From Candidatus Roseilinea mizusawaensis (GTDB lineage: Bacteria; Chloroflexota; Anaerolineae; J036; Brachytrichaceae): 64,000 bases of DNA. The notes under the pieces are model-generated. The model was not told the DNA's origin and ran no database searches. It worked only from the letters and a program-made list of their open reading frames with translations. Numbering within the stretch: position 1 is the first letter of the stretch; each line of letters begins with the position of its first letter. The DNA lies in the NCBI GenBank assembly GCA_016841965.1, contig JAEANN010000016.1, positions 39,305-103,304 on the forward strand. Direction: 5' to 3'. The position numbers were made by a program, and so were the translations under genes. Shown piece after piece: positions 19,226 through 28,750 of this stretch.

Positions 19226-20089
19226 TCATGAAGTGGCGATGGGGCGCGCAGGGTCGGTGATCCACTCGCTCCACGAGCCGGCATACAGGCGCGCTTCGCC
19301 GAGGCCGGCCACCTGCATGGCCAGGATGGTCTGCGCGGCCGAGACGCCGGAGCCGCAGTACACGGCAACTTTGTCTGCCGGCGTGTCGCCCAGCAACGCC
19401 TGGTAGTAGGCGCGCAGCTCTGCCGGCGAGCGCATCAAGCCCTGCGCGTTCAGGGTGTCGGCATAGGGCGCAGAGAGCGCGCCGGGGATATGGCCGGCCA
19501 CAGGATCGATTGTCTCTTCGCGCCCGTGAAAGCGCGGCGCGGCGCGCGCATCGAGCACGCGGCAGGATGGGTCAACGCGCATGGCCTCGATCTGTTCGGC
19601 GCTGACTACGCGCTCCGGACGGGGGTGGGCGACGAAAGGGGCAGCCGGCCGGCTTTCCATGCCGGCGCGGGTGGGGTGGCGCCCGGCCAGCCATGCCTGC
19701 CAGCCGCCATCCAGCACAGCAGCGGCGTCGTGCCCCAGCCAGCGCAACATCCACCACAGCCGGGCCGCGCCCAACGCCCCGCCCATGTCGTCATAGGCCA
19801 CCACGTTCAGGCCGGCGTGAATGCCCAGCCGGCCAAAGGTCTGCGCGGCAGTGTGCGGGTCGGGCAGCGGATGCCGTCCGGTGCTCCCCGCCACAATCGG
19901 GCCGGATAGGTCATCGTTCAGGTGCGCATACACCGCGCCGGGGATATGCCCCTGCGCGTAGCGCGCGCGGCCGGCGGATGGATCGGCCAGCGAGAAACGG
20001 CAATCGACCACCAGCCAGGTGTCGTCGTCAAGATGCTGCGCCAATTCATCGCATGAGATCAGCGGCTTGAGAGAGACGTTCTGCATCAT
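19226..20089 (-). CDS. sseA: Two-domain rhodanese (thiosulfate/3-mercaptopyruvate sulfurtransferase)
   Basis: Two rhodanese domains and the active-site loop CGSGVSA. Start trimmed to ATG 20089 (MMQNVSLKPL). Confidence 0.85.
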   Translation of the reverse strand: MMQNVSLKPLISCDELAQHLDDDTWLVVDCRFSLADPSAGRARYAQGHIPGAVYAHLNDDLSGPIVAGSTGRHPLPDPHTAAQTFGRLGIHAGLNVVAYDDMGGALGAARLWWMLRWLGHDAAAVLDGGWQAWLAGRHPTRAGMESRPAAPFVAHPRPERVVSAEQIEAMRVDPSCRVLDARAAPRFHGREETIDPVAGHIPGALSAPYADTLNAQGLMRSPAELRAYYQALLGDTPADKVAVYCGSGVSAAQTILAMQVAGLGEARLYAGSWSEWITDPARPIATS

Positions 20090-20096
20090 GCAGAGG

Positions 20097-20102
20097 ATTG
20101 TA
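20097..20102 (-). promoter_or_regulatory. -10 TACAAT exactly 7 nt upstream of the sseA ATG (leaderless-type)
   Basis: Minus strand reads TACAAT-cctctgc-ATG. Confidence 0.6.
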
Positions 20103-20121
20103 GAGCCAGAAGGCCGGCCAG

Positions 20122-20127
20122 TACAAT
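20122..20127 (+). promoter_or_regulatory. -10 TACAAT exactly 7 nt upstream of the pyrF ATG (leaderless-type)
   Basis: Plus strand reads TACAAT-agcagcc-ATG (20135). Confidence 0.6.
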
Positions 20128-20134
20128 AGCAGCC

Positions 20135-20968
20135 ATGACATTCCTCGAAAAACTCGCGCACGCTCAACAGACCAATCGCTCTTTTCTGTGCGTCGGGCTG
20201 GATATCGTGGTTGCCAACACGCCCCTGCCGCTGCAACTGGAAGACGAGCCAATGCTGCCCTTTGCACGCGCGATCATCGAGGCCACGCAAGACCTGGTGT
20301 GCGCCTACAAGCCCAACCTGGGCTTCTATCTGGCCGAAGGTGCGGCCGGCATGGTGGCGCTGGAGCGCATCGTGCGGCTGATTCCCCCGCACATCCCGAT
20401 CATTCTGGACGGCAAGTTCGGCGACATTGGCAACACCGCCGAAGCGTATGCGCGCGGCGCGTTCGAGCAGTTTCGCGCCGATGCGGTGACGCTCGCGCCC
20501 TACATGGGCAGCGATTCGGTAGCCCCATTTTTAAGGTATGCCGATCGGGGAGTGTTTGTTCTGGCGCGCACCAGCAACCCGAACGCCGGCGAATTTCAGA
20601 ATCTTAAAACCGTTTCATCGCAGGAGGAGCGATTGTTGTATGAAGCGGTAGCGCTGGCAGCCAGCCGATGGCACGCGCAGGGGCCGGCTGCTTGCGGGCT
20701 GGTGGTCGGCGCGACGGCGCCGGCCGAGTTGCAGCGCATCCGCCACATCGCGCCCGATCTGCCGTTTCTCATTCCCGGCGTCGGCGCGCAGGGCGGCGAT
20801 CTGGAAGCGGCCATCCGCTATGGCCAGACGCGCGACGGGCTGGGGCCGGTGATCAACGTCTCGCGCGCGGTGCTGTACGCCTCGCGCACGATGACATTTG
20901 CCGAGGACGCGCGCAGGGCTGCCCAGGCGCTGGTTGATACAATGCGATCCATCGGCCCCATACGCTGA
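20135..20968 (+). CDS. pyrF: Orotidine 5'-phosphate decarboxylase (type 2)
   Basis: FLCVGLD and ILDGKFGDIGNT motifs; 277 aa. Confidence 0.9.
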   Translation: MTFLEKLAHAQQTNRSFLCVGLDIVVANTPLPLQLEDEPMLPFARAIIEATQDLVCAYKPNLGFYLAEGAAGMVALERIVRLIPPHIPIILDGKFGDIGNTAEAYARGAFEQFRADAVTLAPYMGSDSVAPFLRYADRGVFVLARTSNPNAGEFQNLKTVSSQEERLLYEAVALAASRWHAQGPAACGLVVGATAPAELQRIRHIAPDLPFLIPGVGAQGGDLEAAIRYGQTRDGLGPVINVSRAVLYASRTMTFAEDARRAAQALVDTMRSIGPIR

Positions 20969-20995
20969 CTCATACCCTGGCTAATGGAGAATCTC

Positions 20996-21601
20996 ATGAG
21001 CGACTCGGCGCTTCAGCTTGCCACTGCGCTGTTTGATATTGGCTGTGTTCAGTTTGGACAGTTCAAACTGAAGTCCGGCCTGCTTTCTCCCATCTACATT
21101 GATCTGCGCCTGTTGGTCGCTCATCCGGCTGTGCTGCGACAGGTGGCGCGCGCGATGGCCGGCCTGATCGATGCGCGCCAGATCATGTTCGACCGGCTGG
21201 CTGCCATCCCCTATGCCGGCCTGCCGATTGGCGTGGCCGTTGCGCTGGAAACCGGCCGACCGCTGATCTATCCGCGCAAGGAGGCCAAAGACTATGGCAC
21301 GGCGAAGCTGATCGAGGGCGAGCACAAGCCGGGCGAGACAGCGCTGTTGGTGGATGACCTGATTACCAAAGGCACATCGAAGTTCGAGGCGCTGGCGCCG
21401 TTGCTCGAGGCTGGGTTGCTGGTGCACGATGTGCTGGTGCTGATCGACCGCGAGCAGGGCGGCGCGGCGGAGCTGGCTGCGCGCGGTGTTCGGCTGCATC
21501 CCGTGTTGACGTTGTCCGTCATGCTGGCCGATCTGGTGAACGCCGGCCGGCTGAGCACAGCCCAGTGTGACGCGGTGCTGGCATGGACGCGCGCCAACTG
21601 A
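20996..21601 (+). CDS. pyrE: Orotate phosphoribosyltransferase
   Basis: PRPP loop LLVDDLITKGTS. GGAGA RBS 5 nt before ATG 20996; ATG 20984 is the alternative. Confidence 0.9.
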   Translation: MSDSALQLATALFDIGCVQFGQFKLKSGLLSPIYIDLRLLVAHPAVLRQVARAMAGLIDARQIMFDRLAAIPYAGLPIGVAVALETGRPLIYPRKEAKDYGTAKLIEGEHKPGETALLVDDLITKGTSKFEALAPLLEAGLLVHDVLVLIDREQGGAAELAARGVRLHPVLTLSVMLADLVNAGRLSTAQCDAVLAWTRAN

Positions 21602-21687
21602 GCGCCGATCGGAACGCTTGGTCATGCTCAGCAGGGTAGCGATGCAATGAGGGTGCGCCCGCGCGCGCCTGATCGATTTTTGCCACT

Positions 21688-22695
21688 ATGTCTATTCAGC
21701 TTGATTCTCACACTGGGGTTGCCGGCGCTGTGCATGCGCAGGCCGAACGCGATACACAGGATGCGCTGTCGCTTGAAGTGACGTTGTGCGGGGTGCGCTT
21801 TCGCAATCCGATCGTGCTGGCATCGGGCATTCTCGGTCTCAGCGAGGAGATTTTCGCGCGGCTGGCCCGTTCGGGCATCGGCGGCATCACGACCAAATCG
21901 TGCAGCTTGCAGCCGCGCGTGGGCTGGCACAACCCCACCATCGTGAGCTGGGGGCATGGCCTGATCAACGCGGTTGGCCTCAGCAATCCCGGCGTAGAAG
22001 TGATGGTCGAGGAGATTCGCGCTGCCAGGCGTCATCTGCAACCGTTGGGCGTGCCGATCATCGCCAGCATCTTTGCCACCACCATCTACGATTTCGGCAC
22101 ATTGGCGCGCTATGTTAGCGAAGCCGAGCCGGACCTGATCGAAGTCAACATCTCGTGCCCAAATCTCGATGCGCAGCACGAAGAGATGTTTTCATCGAAT
22201 GCCTATGTCTCCGGCCAGGTGACGCGCGCGGTGAAGCGCAACGCGCGCTGCCCGGTGGTGGTCAAGCTGTCGCCGAATGTGGATAACATCGTGACCATTG
22301 CGCGTGAGGTTGCCAACAACGGCGCGGATGCTATCTGCGCGATCAACTCGCTGGGGCCGGGCATGGTGCTGGATATTGAGTCGGCGAAACCGGTGCTGGC
22401 GAATCGCACCGGCGGCGTAAGCGGGCCGGCCATTCGCCCCATCGCAGTGCGCTGCGTGTACGACATTTGCCGGGCCTTGCGCGGCATGGGCGTGCAGGTG
22501 ATCGGCACCGGCGGGGTGACCGACGCGCGCGATGCCATCGAGATGATCCTGGCCGGGGCCACCTGTGTTGGCGTGGGCAGCGCCGTGCACGCGCGCGGGC
22601 TGGGCGTGTTTGCCGAGATGACAGCCGGCATTGCAGACTATATGCGCCGGCACGGCTATCGCAGCCTCGATGAATTCCGGGGCCGGGCATTGTAG
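21688..22695 (+). CDS. pyrD: Dihydroorotate dehydrogenase, class 1 (catalytic Cys)
   Basis: GGITTKS, NISCPN and GTGGV motifs. No pyrK-like partner is adjacent. Confidence 0.88.
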   Translation: MSIQLDSHTGVAGAVHAQAERDTQDALSLEVTLCGVRFRNPIVLASGILGLSEEIFARLARSGIGGITTKSCSLQPRVGWHNPTIVSWGHGLINAVGLSNPGVEVMVEEIRAARRHLQPLGVPIIASIFATTIYDFGTLARYVSEAEPDLIEVNISCPNLDAQHEEMFSSNAYVSGQVTRAVKRNARCPVVVKLSPNVDNIVTIAREVANNGADAICAINSLGPGMVLDIESAKPVLANRTGGVSGPAIRPIAVRCVYDICRALRGMGVQVIGTGGVTDARDAIEMILAGATCVGVGSAVHARGLGVFAEMTAGIADYMRRHGYRSLDEFRGRAL

Positions 22696-22916
22696 AAATG
22701 CCGCCTGCCTCTGTGTGCTTCCTGCTTCCTGCTATCTCCAGGCGAATGGGGTGCCTCTGACCTCGTGTTGCGTAAATCTGCTCTTTTTCAAAGCGCTTAG
22801 TCATTGAATTGTGATCGCGAGTTGTTGTTGAATGAGCAGGACGGAATTAACACCTTGATCTACTTTCCTGAACCGCAATGTCGATGCACTGTCTCACGTA
22901 CGCCCAGGAGGATGTT

Positions 22917-25900
22917 ATGAAGCGGCAATCTGTACAACAATATGTGGGTCGACTGGGGCTGGCTCTGCTGTTGGCCGTAACCCTCTTGGCCCACCGCGCT
23001 GATCTGTCGCTGGCGAGGCCCCGCGCTCAACAGCCGGCAGCAGATGCGCTGCCCCCCGGCGCTCAAGAGACGCTGGCGCACTCTTCGACTGGGCCTGAGA
23101 GGAATGACGCGACGCCGCAGGCGATGTTCCCAATGCCGTCAACAGCGCCGGCCCAACCACGCGCGATCCAGTTGCGCGCGCGCACGTTCACGCCGGCCCC
23201 GCTGCAACCGGCTGACCGCCCGGCTCTGCGGCGTCTGGCCCGGCCTGGCGCGGAGCGAGTCCATGTGTTGCTTCAGCTCGACTACATTCCGCGCGAAGCT
23301 GCCAAAGCCGAGCTGGCCGGGCGCGGCATTCGCCTGCTGGCCTATGTGCCCGACTATGCCTGGATTGCGTCGGTGCCGGGCACGCAGCCCGAAGTAGCGT
23401 TGGACGCCCCCGGCCTGCTGTGGATGGGCGAACTGATGGTGGATGACAAGCTGGCCCCGCCTATTCGCGCCGGCGAGTGGGCCGCGTATAACCTGGCCCC
23501 CGATAGCATGGCGGCGGTGTATGTGGTGATGCACGCCGATGAGTCGCTGGAAACCGGCCGCGCGCTGGTGGCCTCATTGGGCGGCAAGGTAGTCAATGAA
23601 GTCATCGGCATTCGCACGCTGGTGGTGGAGATGCCGGCTGCTCAGATCCGCGCCCTGGCTGCCCACGACGCTGTGCAGTGGATCGAGCCGGCCGAGCCAC
23701 CACTTGGGGAAGCGAATGACGACATACGCGCCCGCATCGCCGTCAGCGAGGTTCAGGCTGCGCCCTACAACTTGAACGGTACAAACGTGGACATTTTGAT
23801 CTACGACGGCGGCGTGGTGACCCACACGCCATCGACCCATGCCGATTTCACGGGCCGCTTGACGATTGGCGCCGGCGAGACCAGCGGCGTGAGTGATCAC
23901 GCCACACACGTGGCCGGCACCGCCGCCGGCAGCGGCGCACTCAGCGCCGGCGCGGGTGGGGCGCCGCTTGAATGGCGCGGCATGGCGCCCTCGGCCCGCA
24001 TCATTTCGTATGCCTATAACCCCAACGGCACAGGAATGCTTTTCTACAATGACCCCGGCGATATCGAGAACAACTGGGCGGCCGCGCAGAACTCCTATGG
24101 CGCAGATATTGGCTCGGCCAGCTTGAGCAGCAACATTTACGCCAATTACCCGCTCAGTTGCACGCTGATGGGCAACTATGGCGTGTCATCGGCGTTGCTC
24201 GATCAGATCATTCGCGGTGGCAACAGTGTGGTGGGCATCGGCGATAAGTACATTGCCACCTGGGCTGCCGGCAATGAACGCGGCAGCCCAACTTCCTGCG
24301 GAACCTATGGCACCACCTCGCCGCCCTCGGCTGCTAAGAATCCCATTCATGTCGGCGCTTCGGACAAAAGTGATGCCATGAGCACATTCAGCTCGTGGGG
24401 GCCAACCGACGATGGCCGCGTCAAGCCAACCCTCGTGGCGACCGGCGTCGGCATTCGCTCGACGATCCCGAATCGCTACACCAACAACATCACTCGCGAT
24501 TGCGATGGCTCTGGCGACGATTACTGCTACCCCTATGACACCATGTCGGGCACGTCAATGGCGACGCCGGCGGTGGCCGGCAGCATTGCTCTGATGTTGC
24601 AGCACTATCGCGCCGCGTATGGAGTGGGCGGCAACTTCTGGCCGTCTACTGCGAAAGCAATTCTCATTCACACCGCCACCGATCGCGGCAACCTGGGGCC
24701 GGATTATCAGTGGGGCTATGGGCTGGTGAATATTCGCCGGGCGGTCGATCTGATCACTGCACGCGGGTTTTATCAGCGCAGCTTGAGTCAGGGCGACATC
24801 GACTATTACATTTTTGCTGTGCCCACCGGCACACTCACCGCAACCGTGACGATTGCCTGGGATGACATCGAAGCCACGTTCAATGCCACCCCGACGTTGA
24901 TCAACAACCTTGATCTGGAACTGGTGTCGCCGAGCGGCGTGATCACGCGGCCTTGGGTGCTCAACCCGTTGAACCCGTCTGCTCCGGCCACGCGCGGCGT
25001 AGACAACCGCAACAACCAGGAGCAGGTGCAGGTGTTCAATCCAGAGCCGGGTACGTGGATTGCGCGCGTGCGCGGCACGACGGTGCCGCTGGGTGCGCAG
25101 GACTATTCGCTGGCCTGCGATGGTTGCCGCCTGTTGGATGTCGGCGTCTGTCAAAGCACTGCGGTTGGCGGGTTGCCGCCGTTTGGGTCGCTTGCGACGC
25201 AGGCCTTTGCTCCGGCGGGGGCAACGTTTGCTCCATCTGTTGAAGCTGTTGAAGCTGTTGAAGATGGCGCTGCAGTCGTTGGCCAGATGTGGACGGATGA
25301 CGCCGGCCCAGAGTTGCTGACAGTCGGCGAGCAGTGGCAGCGCAGCTTGGAAATCAAGCCTGCGCCGGACACACAGGCCGAGCGTGCGCAGCAGGACGCG
25401 CTGAGTCAGGCGCTGCGCGCTTTTGAGCAAGCGCGTGAAGCCGGCCCGCACGCGTTGATTGCATTTGCCCAAACCGCCTCGCCTGACGTGCAGGCCATGA
25501 TTGCAGGAGAAGTGGAACTGACCCGCGCCCGCTTGACCGGCGCAGCGCTGGAAACGTCGGCCATGACGCCGGCCGGCGCGCAGCAGGTCAACCGTGTGGG
25601 TGTGAACGGCCCTTGCGCGTATCCCACGATTCAAGATGCGATCAATGCCGCGCCGAATGGCGCGACTGTGCGCGTGCCCGGCCAGTTCTTTGCCGAGAAT
25701 CTGGTCATCAGCGGCGGCAAAGTGATCACCATCGAAGGGGGGTACGATGCGGCCTGCGCCGCGCTGCTGCCCGCAGCGCGGGCGCGCGTGGATGCTGTCA
25801 ACGCGGCCAGCACGGTGGATGTGTACGGCCTTGGCACACGGGTTGTGCTGCGCAATCTGGTGATCGGGTGGGGAACTGGTTTCGGGGCTGGCGTCGATGT

Positions 25901-28505
25901 GTACTCCAACGGGCAGGCCACGCTGGACAATGTGCGTGTCGTCAATAACAACGGCTCTTCTGGCGGCGGCGTGTTTGTCAGCAGCTCGGCGGTCGTCACG
26001 CTGACCAACGGTACGCAAATTGAACGCAACACCGCCGGCGGTAATGGCGGCGGGGCGACTGTGTATGGCGTGCTGCGCGGCTATGCCACCACCACCGATC
26101 TGACCACCAACTGCGCTGCCGGTGATGGCGGCAATGCCTTTGTCTCTGGCGGCACGCTCTTTTTTGACAACGCCGACAACTACGTCGGCCTGGCGGCCGG
26201 CGCGGCCGGCCGTGGTGGCGGCATCTATGCGACTGACGCGGTGATCACGCTCACCAATTCCTCTTTTCTGGGCGAGACTGGCCCGTGCTGCAACCGCGCT
26301 GTGGATGGCGCCGGCCTGTTTGCCAGCAACAGCGCCATCTGGTTGCTGGGGAACGCAACAACGGTGCTGGCGAATCGCGCGACCGGCAATGGCGGCGGCA
26401 TCTATCTGACCAACGGCAGCCGGCTGGTTGCAACCGGCGCATCTGTGGGGTACGCAGCGCTTCCGAGTGCGGGCAACTGGTCTAGTGGCGATGGCGGCGG
26501 GATGTATGTCATCAGCAGCACTGTCAGCGGCACACTGAGAATCTATAACAATCGGGCGACCTCTGGGGGTGGCATCTATGCGAACAATGCCGTGATTGGG
26601 CTTGCCAACACCGAGGTGGGCGGCGCCGGCGACAACCAGCCCAATCAGGCGGGCTTTAATGGGGCCGGCCTATACTTGTCCGGCCTGACTACCGCCACAT
26701 TGGACAGCTCGCTGATTAGCAGCAACACGCTGACCAACACCTTGACCGGATACGGCGGCGGCATCTACTTGCGCAGCAGTGTGTTGACGATGACAAACAG
26801 CCGCATCGAGCGCCATGTGGCGCCTTCTGCTTCGGATGGGCGCGGGGCAGGGCTGTATGTGTTTGATGCGCAGGTCACCCTGAGTAACACGCTGGTGCAG
26901 AGCAACACCGCCGGCGCAGTGGGCGGCGGGGCGCGCCTGTGGGGGCAAAGCCGGCTCGATATCTTGGGCGGATCGGCTTTCCTGAACAATCGCGCGTTGA
27001 ACGCCGAAGGGGGCGGGATTGCCGCCAGCGGCGTGACCACCATCACTGTGTCGAACGCGGCCTTGCGCAACAACACTGCCAGCACCTCTGGCGGGGCAAT
27101 CAGTATTTCCAATGGCCGACTGAGCGCGAGTGGCGAATGGGACATTCGATTCAATCAGGCCGGCCAGAACGGCGGCGCTGTGTATGCCGAGCCATCGGCC
27201 CAACTGCATTTCGACGCGAGCGGCCCCGGAGACAGTTATCTGGCGGTCAATAGCGCTGCCAACGACGGCGGCGCCCTCTATACCAGTGGTTTCAAGACGG
27301 TGCAGTTGTATGCGACCCACGGCGCGTCGCTTAACTTGAACACCAATCTGGCGGCCCGCAACGGCGGCGCGCTGTATGGCGACGGTGGAACATTCTTCGA
27401 TGTGTATGGCCGGCTACAAGCTTCGTCGAATCAAGCCGGCGGCAACGGGGGATTCGCCTACTTGCAGAATGGCGCGCGTATCTGGCTGGATGACTTTGTG
27501 AACGACCGACCGCAGATTGGGGTGAATCAGGCAGACAACGGCGGGGCGATCTATGCGCTGAATGGACAAGTGCAATGCGACGGCGCAGATTTTGGGGATG
27601 CGTCGTATGGCAACCGGGCCGTGTCGGGCAGCGGAGGCGCGCTGTATGTCAGCGCCACGCTGGTGCTGGCCGATAACTGTGTCTTTCGCAACAACTGGGC
27701 CGAAGCCGGCGATGGCGGGGCCATTGCTGCGTATGCCGGCTCGACGGTGACGCTGGACACGGATTACGCCGTGGTGTTGCTGGCGCAGGCAGTCTCGGCG
27801 CGCGACGAGACGCTGGCAGCCGGCCAAGCCCAGGCCGGGCCGGCCGTCTCCCTGGCCCCGCAAGCCACTGGCTGTAATCCGTTGGCAGGGCCTTGCGCCG
27901 CGTTGTATGCCAATCGGGCCATCAGCAGCACCGGCGCTAACGGCAACGGCGGGGCTATTTACGTGGATGACAGTGTGCTGACCGCTCACAATCAACTTTT
28001 GCGACTCAATCAAGCAGCGCGGGGCGGCGCAATCTATCAGCAAGGCGGCGCAGCGCGAAGCTGGCTGAGCAATACGCTGGTCTATAGCAACACCAGCCTG
28101 CTCGCGTTTGGTGCGGGGATTCGCAATGCCGGCGGCGCGATGACGTTGACGCATGTGACGGCGGCCCACAATGTGGGTGGAGCAGGGTATTCGCCGGGCA
28201 GCGCCCAAAGCTACGTCTACAACACGATTATCTGGGGCAACACCTTTCCTGCCTCAGGCGCGTTGACTCAGGCGGTGTGTAACATTGACCAGGGGGGCGT
28301 AGCAGGGTCGAGCGTTAATCCGTTGTTTGTGTCGCCGGGGAGTGGAGAGAATTATCGGCTGCGCGCCGGCTCGCCGGCGCGAGACGCTTGCGCCGTGCGG
28401 CTGGCGCGAGACATCGACAACTGGCCCCGCCCGATCGGCCCGCAGGCCGATATGGGCGTGTACGAGATGCCGAGATGGGTGTTTGCGCCGATTGTGTTGC
28501 GCTGA
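22917..28505 (+). CDS. Giant secreted protein: subtilisin-like S8 peptidase (with pro-domains and a P/PPC-like domain) fused to a >1000-aa parallel beta-helix / Pmp-like repeat region
   Basis: AGGAGG RBS and signal-like N-terminus. Catalytic triad D (VDILIYDGG), H (HATHVAGTAAG), S (SGTSMATPAVAG). IAWDD...NNLDLELVSPSG. Dozens of repeats with an N.A..GGG(I/A)Y core. C-terminal ...NPLFVSPGSGENYRLRAGSPARDA...DMGVYE. Confidence 0.85.
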   Translation: MKRQSVQQYVGRLGLALLLAVTLLAHRADLSLARPRAQQPAADALPPGAQETLAHSSTGPERNDATPQAMFPMPSTAPAQPRAIQLRARTFTPAPLQPADRPALRRLARPGAERVHVLLQLDYIPREAAKAELAGRGIRLLAYVPDYAWIASVPGTQPEVALDAPGLLWMGELMVDDKLAPPIRAGEWAAYNLAPDSMAAVYVVMHADESLETGRALVASLGGKVVNEVIGIRTLVVEMPAAQIRALAAHDAVQWIEPAEPPLGEANDDIRARIAVSEVQAAPYNLNGTNVDILIYDGGVVTHTPSTHADFTGRLTIGAGETSGVSDHATHVAGTAAGSGALSAGAGGAPLEWRGMAPSARIISYAYNPNGTGMLFYNDPGDIENNWAAAQNSYGADIGSASLSSNIYANYPLSCTLMGNYGVSSALLDQIIRGGNSVVGIGDKYIATWAAGNERGSPTSCGTYGTTSPPSAAKNPIHVGASDKSDAMSTFSSWGPTDDGRVKPTLVATGVGIRSTIPNRYTNNITRDCDGSGDDYCYPYDTMSGTSMATPAVAGSIALMLQHYRAAYGVGGNFWPSTAKAILIHTATDRGNLGPDYQWGYGLVNIRRAVDLITARGFYQRSLSQGDIDYYIFAVPTGTLTATVTIAWDDIEATFNATPTLINNLDLELVSPSGVITRPWVLNPLNPSAPATRGVDNRNNQEQVQVFNPEPGTWIARVRGTTVPLGAQDYSLACDGCRLLDVGVCQSTAVGGLPPFGSLATQAFAPAGATFAPSVEAVEAVEDGAAVVGQMWTDDAGPELLTVGEQWQRSLEIKPAPDTQAERAQQDALSQALRAFEQAREAGPHALIAFAQTASPDVQAMIAGEVELTRARLTGAALETSAMTPAGAQQVNRVGVNGPCAYPTIQDAINAAPNGATVRVPGQFFAENLVISGGKVITIEGGYDAACAALLPAARARVDAVNAASTVDVYGLGTRVVLRNLVIGWGTGFGAGVDVYSNGQATLDNVRVVNNNGSSGGGVFVSSSAVVTLTNGTQIERNTAGGNGGGATVYGVLRGYATTTDLTTNCAAGDGGNAFVSGGTLFFDNADNYVGLAAGAAGRGGGIYATDAVITLTNSSFLGETGPCCNRAVDGAGLFASNSAIWLLGNATTVLANRATGNGGGIYLTNGSRLVATGASVGYAALPSAGNWSSGDGGGMYVISSTVSGTLRIYNNRATSGGGIYANNAVIGLANTEVGGAGDNQPNQAGFNGAGLYLSGLTTATLDSSLISSNTLTNTLTGYGGGIYLRSSVLTMTNSRIERHVAPSASDGRGAGLYVFDAQVTLSNTLVQSNTAGAVGGGARLWGQSRLDILGGSAFLNNRALNAEGGGIAASGVTTITVSNAALRNNTASTSGGAISISNGRLSASGEWDIRFNQAGQNGGAVYAEPSAQLHFDASGPGDSYLAVNSAANDGGALYTSGFKTVQLYATHGASLNLNTNLAARNGGALYGDGGTFFDVYGRLQASSNQAGGNGGFAYLQNGARIWLDDFVNDRPQIGVNQADNGGAIYALNGQVQCDGADFGDASYGNRAVSGSGGALYVSATLVLADNCVFRNNWAEAGDGGAIAAYAGSTVTLDTDYAVVLLAQAVSARDETLAAGQAQAGPAVSLAPQATGCNPLAGPCAALYANRAISSTGANGNGGAIYVDDSVLTAHNQLLRLNQAARGGAIYQQGGAARSWLSNTLVYSNTSLLAFGAGIRNAGGAMTLTHVTAAHNVGGAGYSPGSAQSYVYNTIIWGNTFPASGALTQAVCNIDQGGVAGSSVNPLFVSPGSGENYRLRAGSPARDACAVRLARDIDNWPRPIGPQADMGVYEMPRWVFAPIVLR

Positions 28506-28558
28506 GGATGCGGATCGCCTGAAGGCAAGCCCGGCGGCTTGAGCTGCGTGCTGCGCCT

Positions 28559-28586
28559 TTGTGCGTTGCCGGCTTTGCACTATAAT
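28559..28586 (+). promoter_or_regulatory. Sigma70-like promoter TTGTGC-N16-TATAAT; the -10 box ends 7 nt before ATG 28594
   Basis: -35 at 28559-28564 and -10 at 28581-28586. Same -10/N7/ATG geometry as uvrB, pyrF and sseA. Confidence 0.55.
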
Positions 28587-28593
28587 GCGCGCC

Positions 28594-28677
28594 ATGATTG
28601 CGGCAGTTGCACTTCGCTCGCGTCGTTCGCGCCGGCTGGACAGTGTGTCCGGTCAGGGCGCGTCTCCGCGTGCGTGA
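28594..28677 (+). CDS. Candidate 27-codon leader peptide MIAAVALRSRRSRRLDSVSGQGASPRA (5 Arg in 7 consecutive codons)
   Basis: ATG 28594. Arg codons CGC, CGT, CGT, CGC, CGG lie at 28615-28635. Stop TGA at 28675-77. A terminator follows. Confidence 0.4.
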   Translation: MIAAVALRSRRSRRLDSVSGQGASPRA

Positions 28678-28708
28678 GCAACGCCCACGGCGTCGTTTGA
28701 ATCTGAAC

Positions 28709-28750
28709 CGCCCCCGACACACTGCGCGTGTTGGGGGCGATTTTTGTTGT
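28709..28750 (+). terminator. Intrinsic terminator in the argC 5' leader (attenuator terminator)
   Basis: 12-bp stem CGCCCCCGACAC / GTGTTGGGGGCG (one G-U pair), 7-nt loop, then ATTTTTGTTGT. Ends 68 nt before the argC ATG. Confidence 0.7.

Noticed and set aside
24555-26018. Long antisense or alternative-frame ORFs in the ORF track (e.g. 24555-26018 minus, 487 aa; 52363-53709 plus, 448 aa; 29813-30880 minus; 12768-13415 plus; 59024-59812 minus; 4121-4765 minus).
   Set aside because: They are Arg/Ala/Gly/His-rich low-complexity translations lying opposite or out of frame with genes that have unambiguous family motifs. These are typical shadow ORFs of GC-rich DNA.
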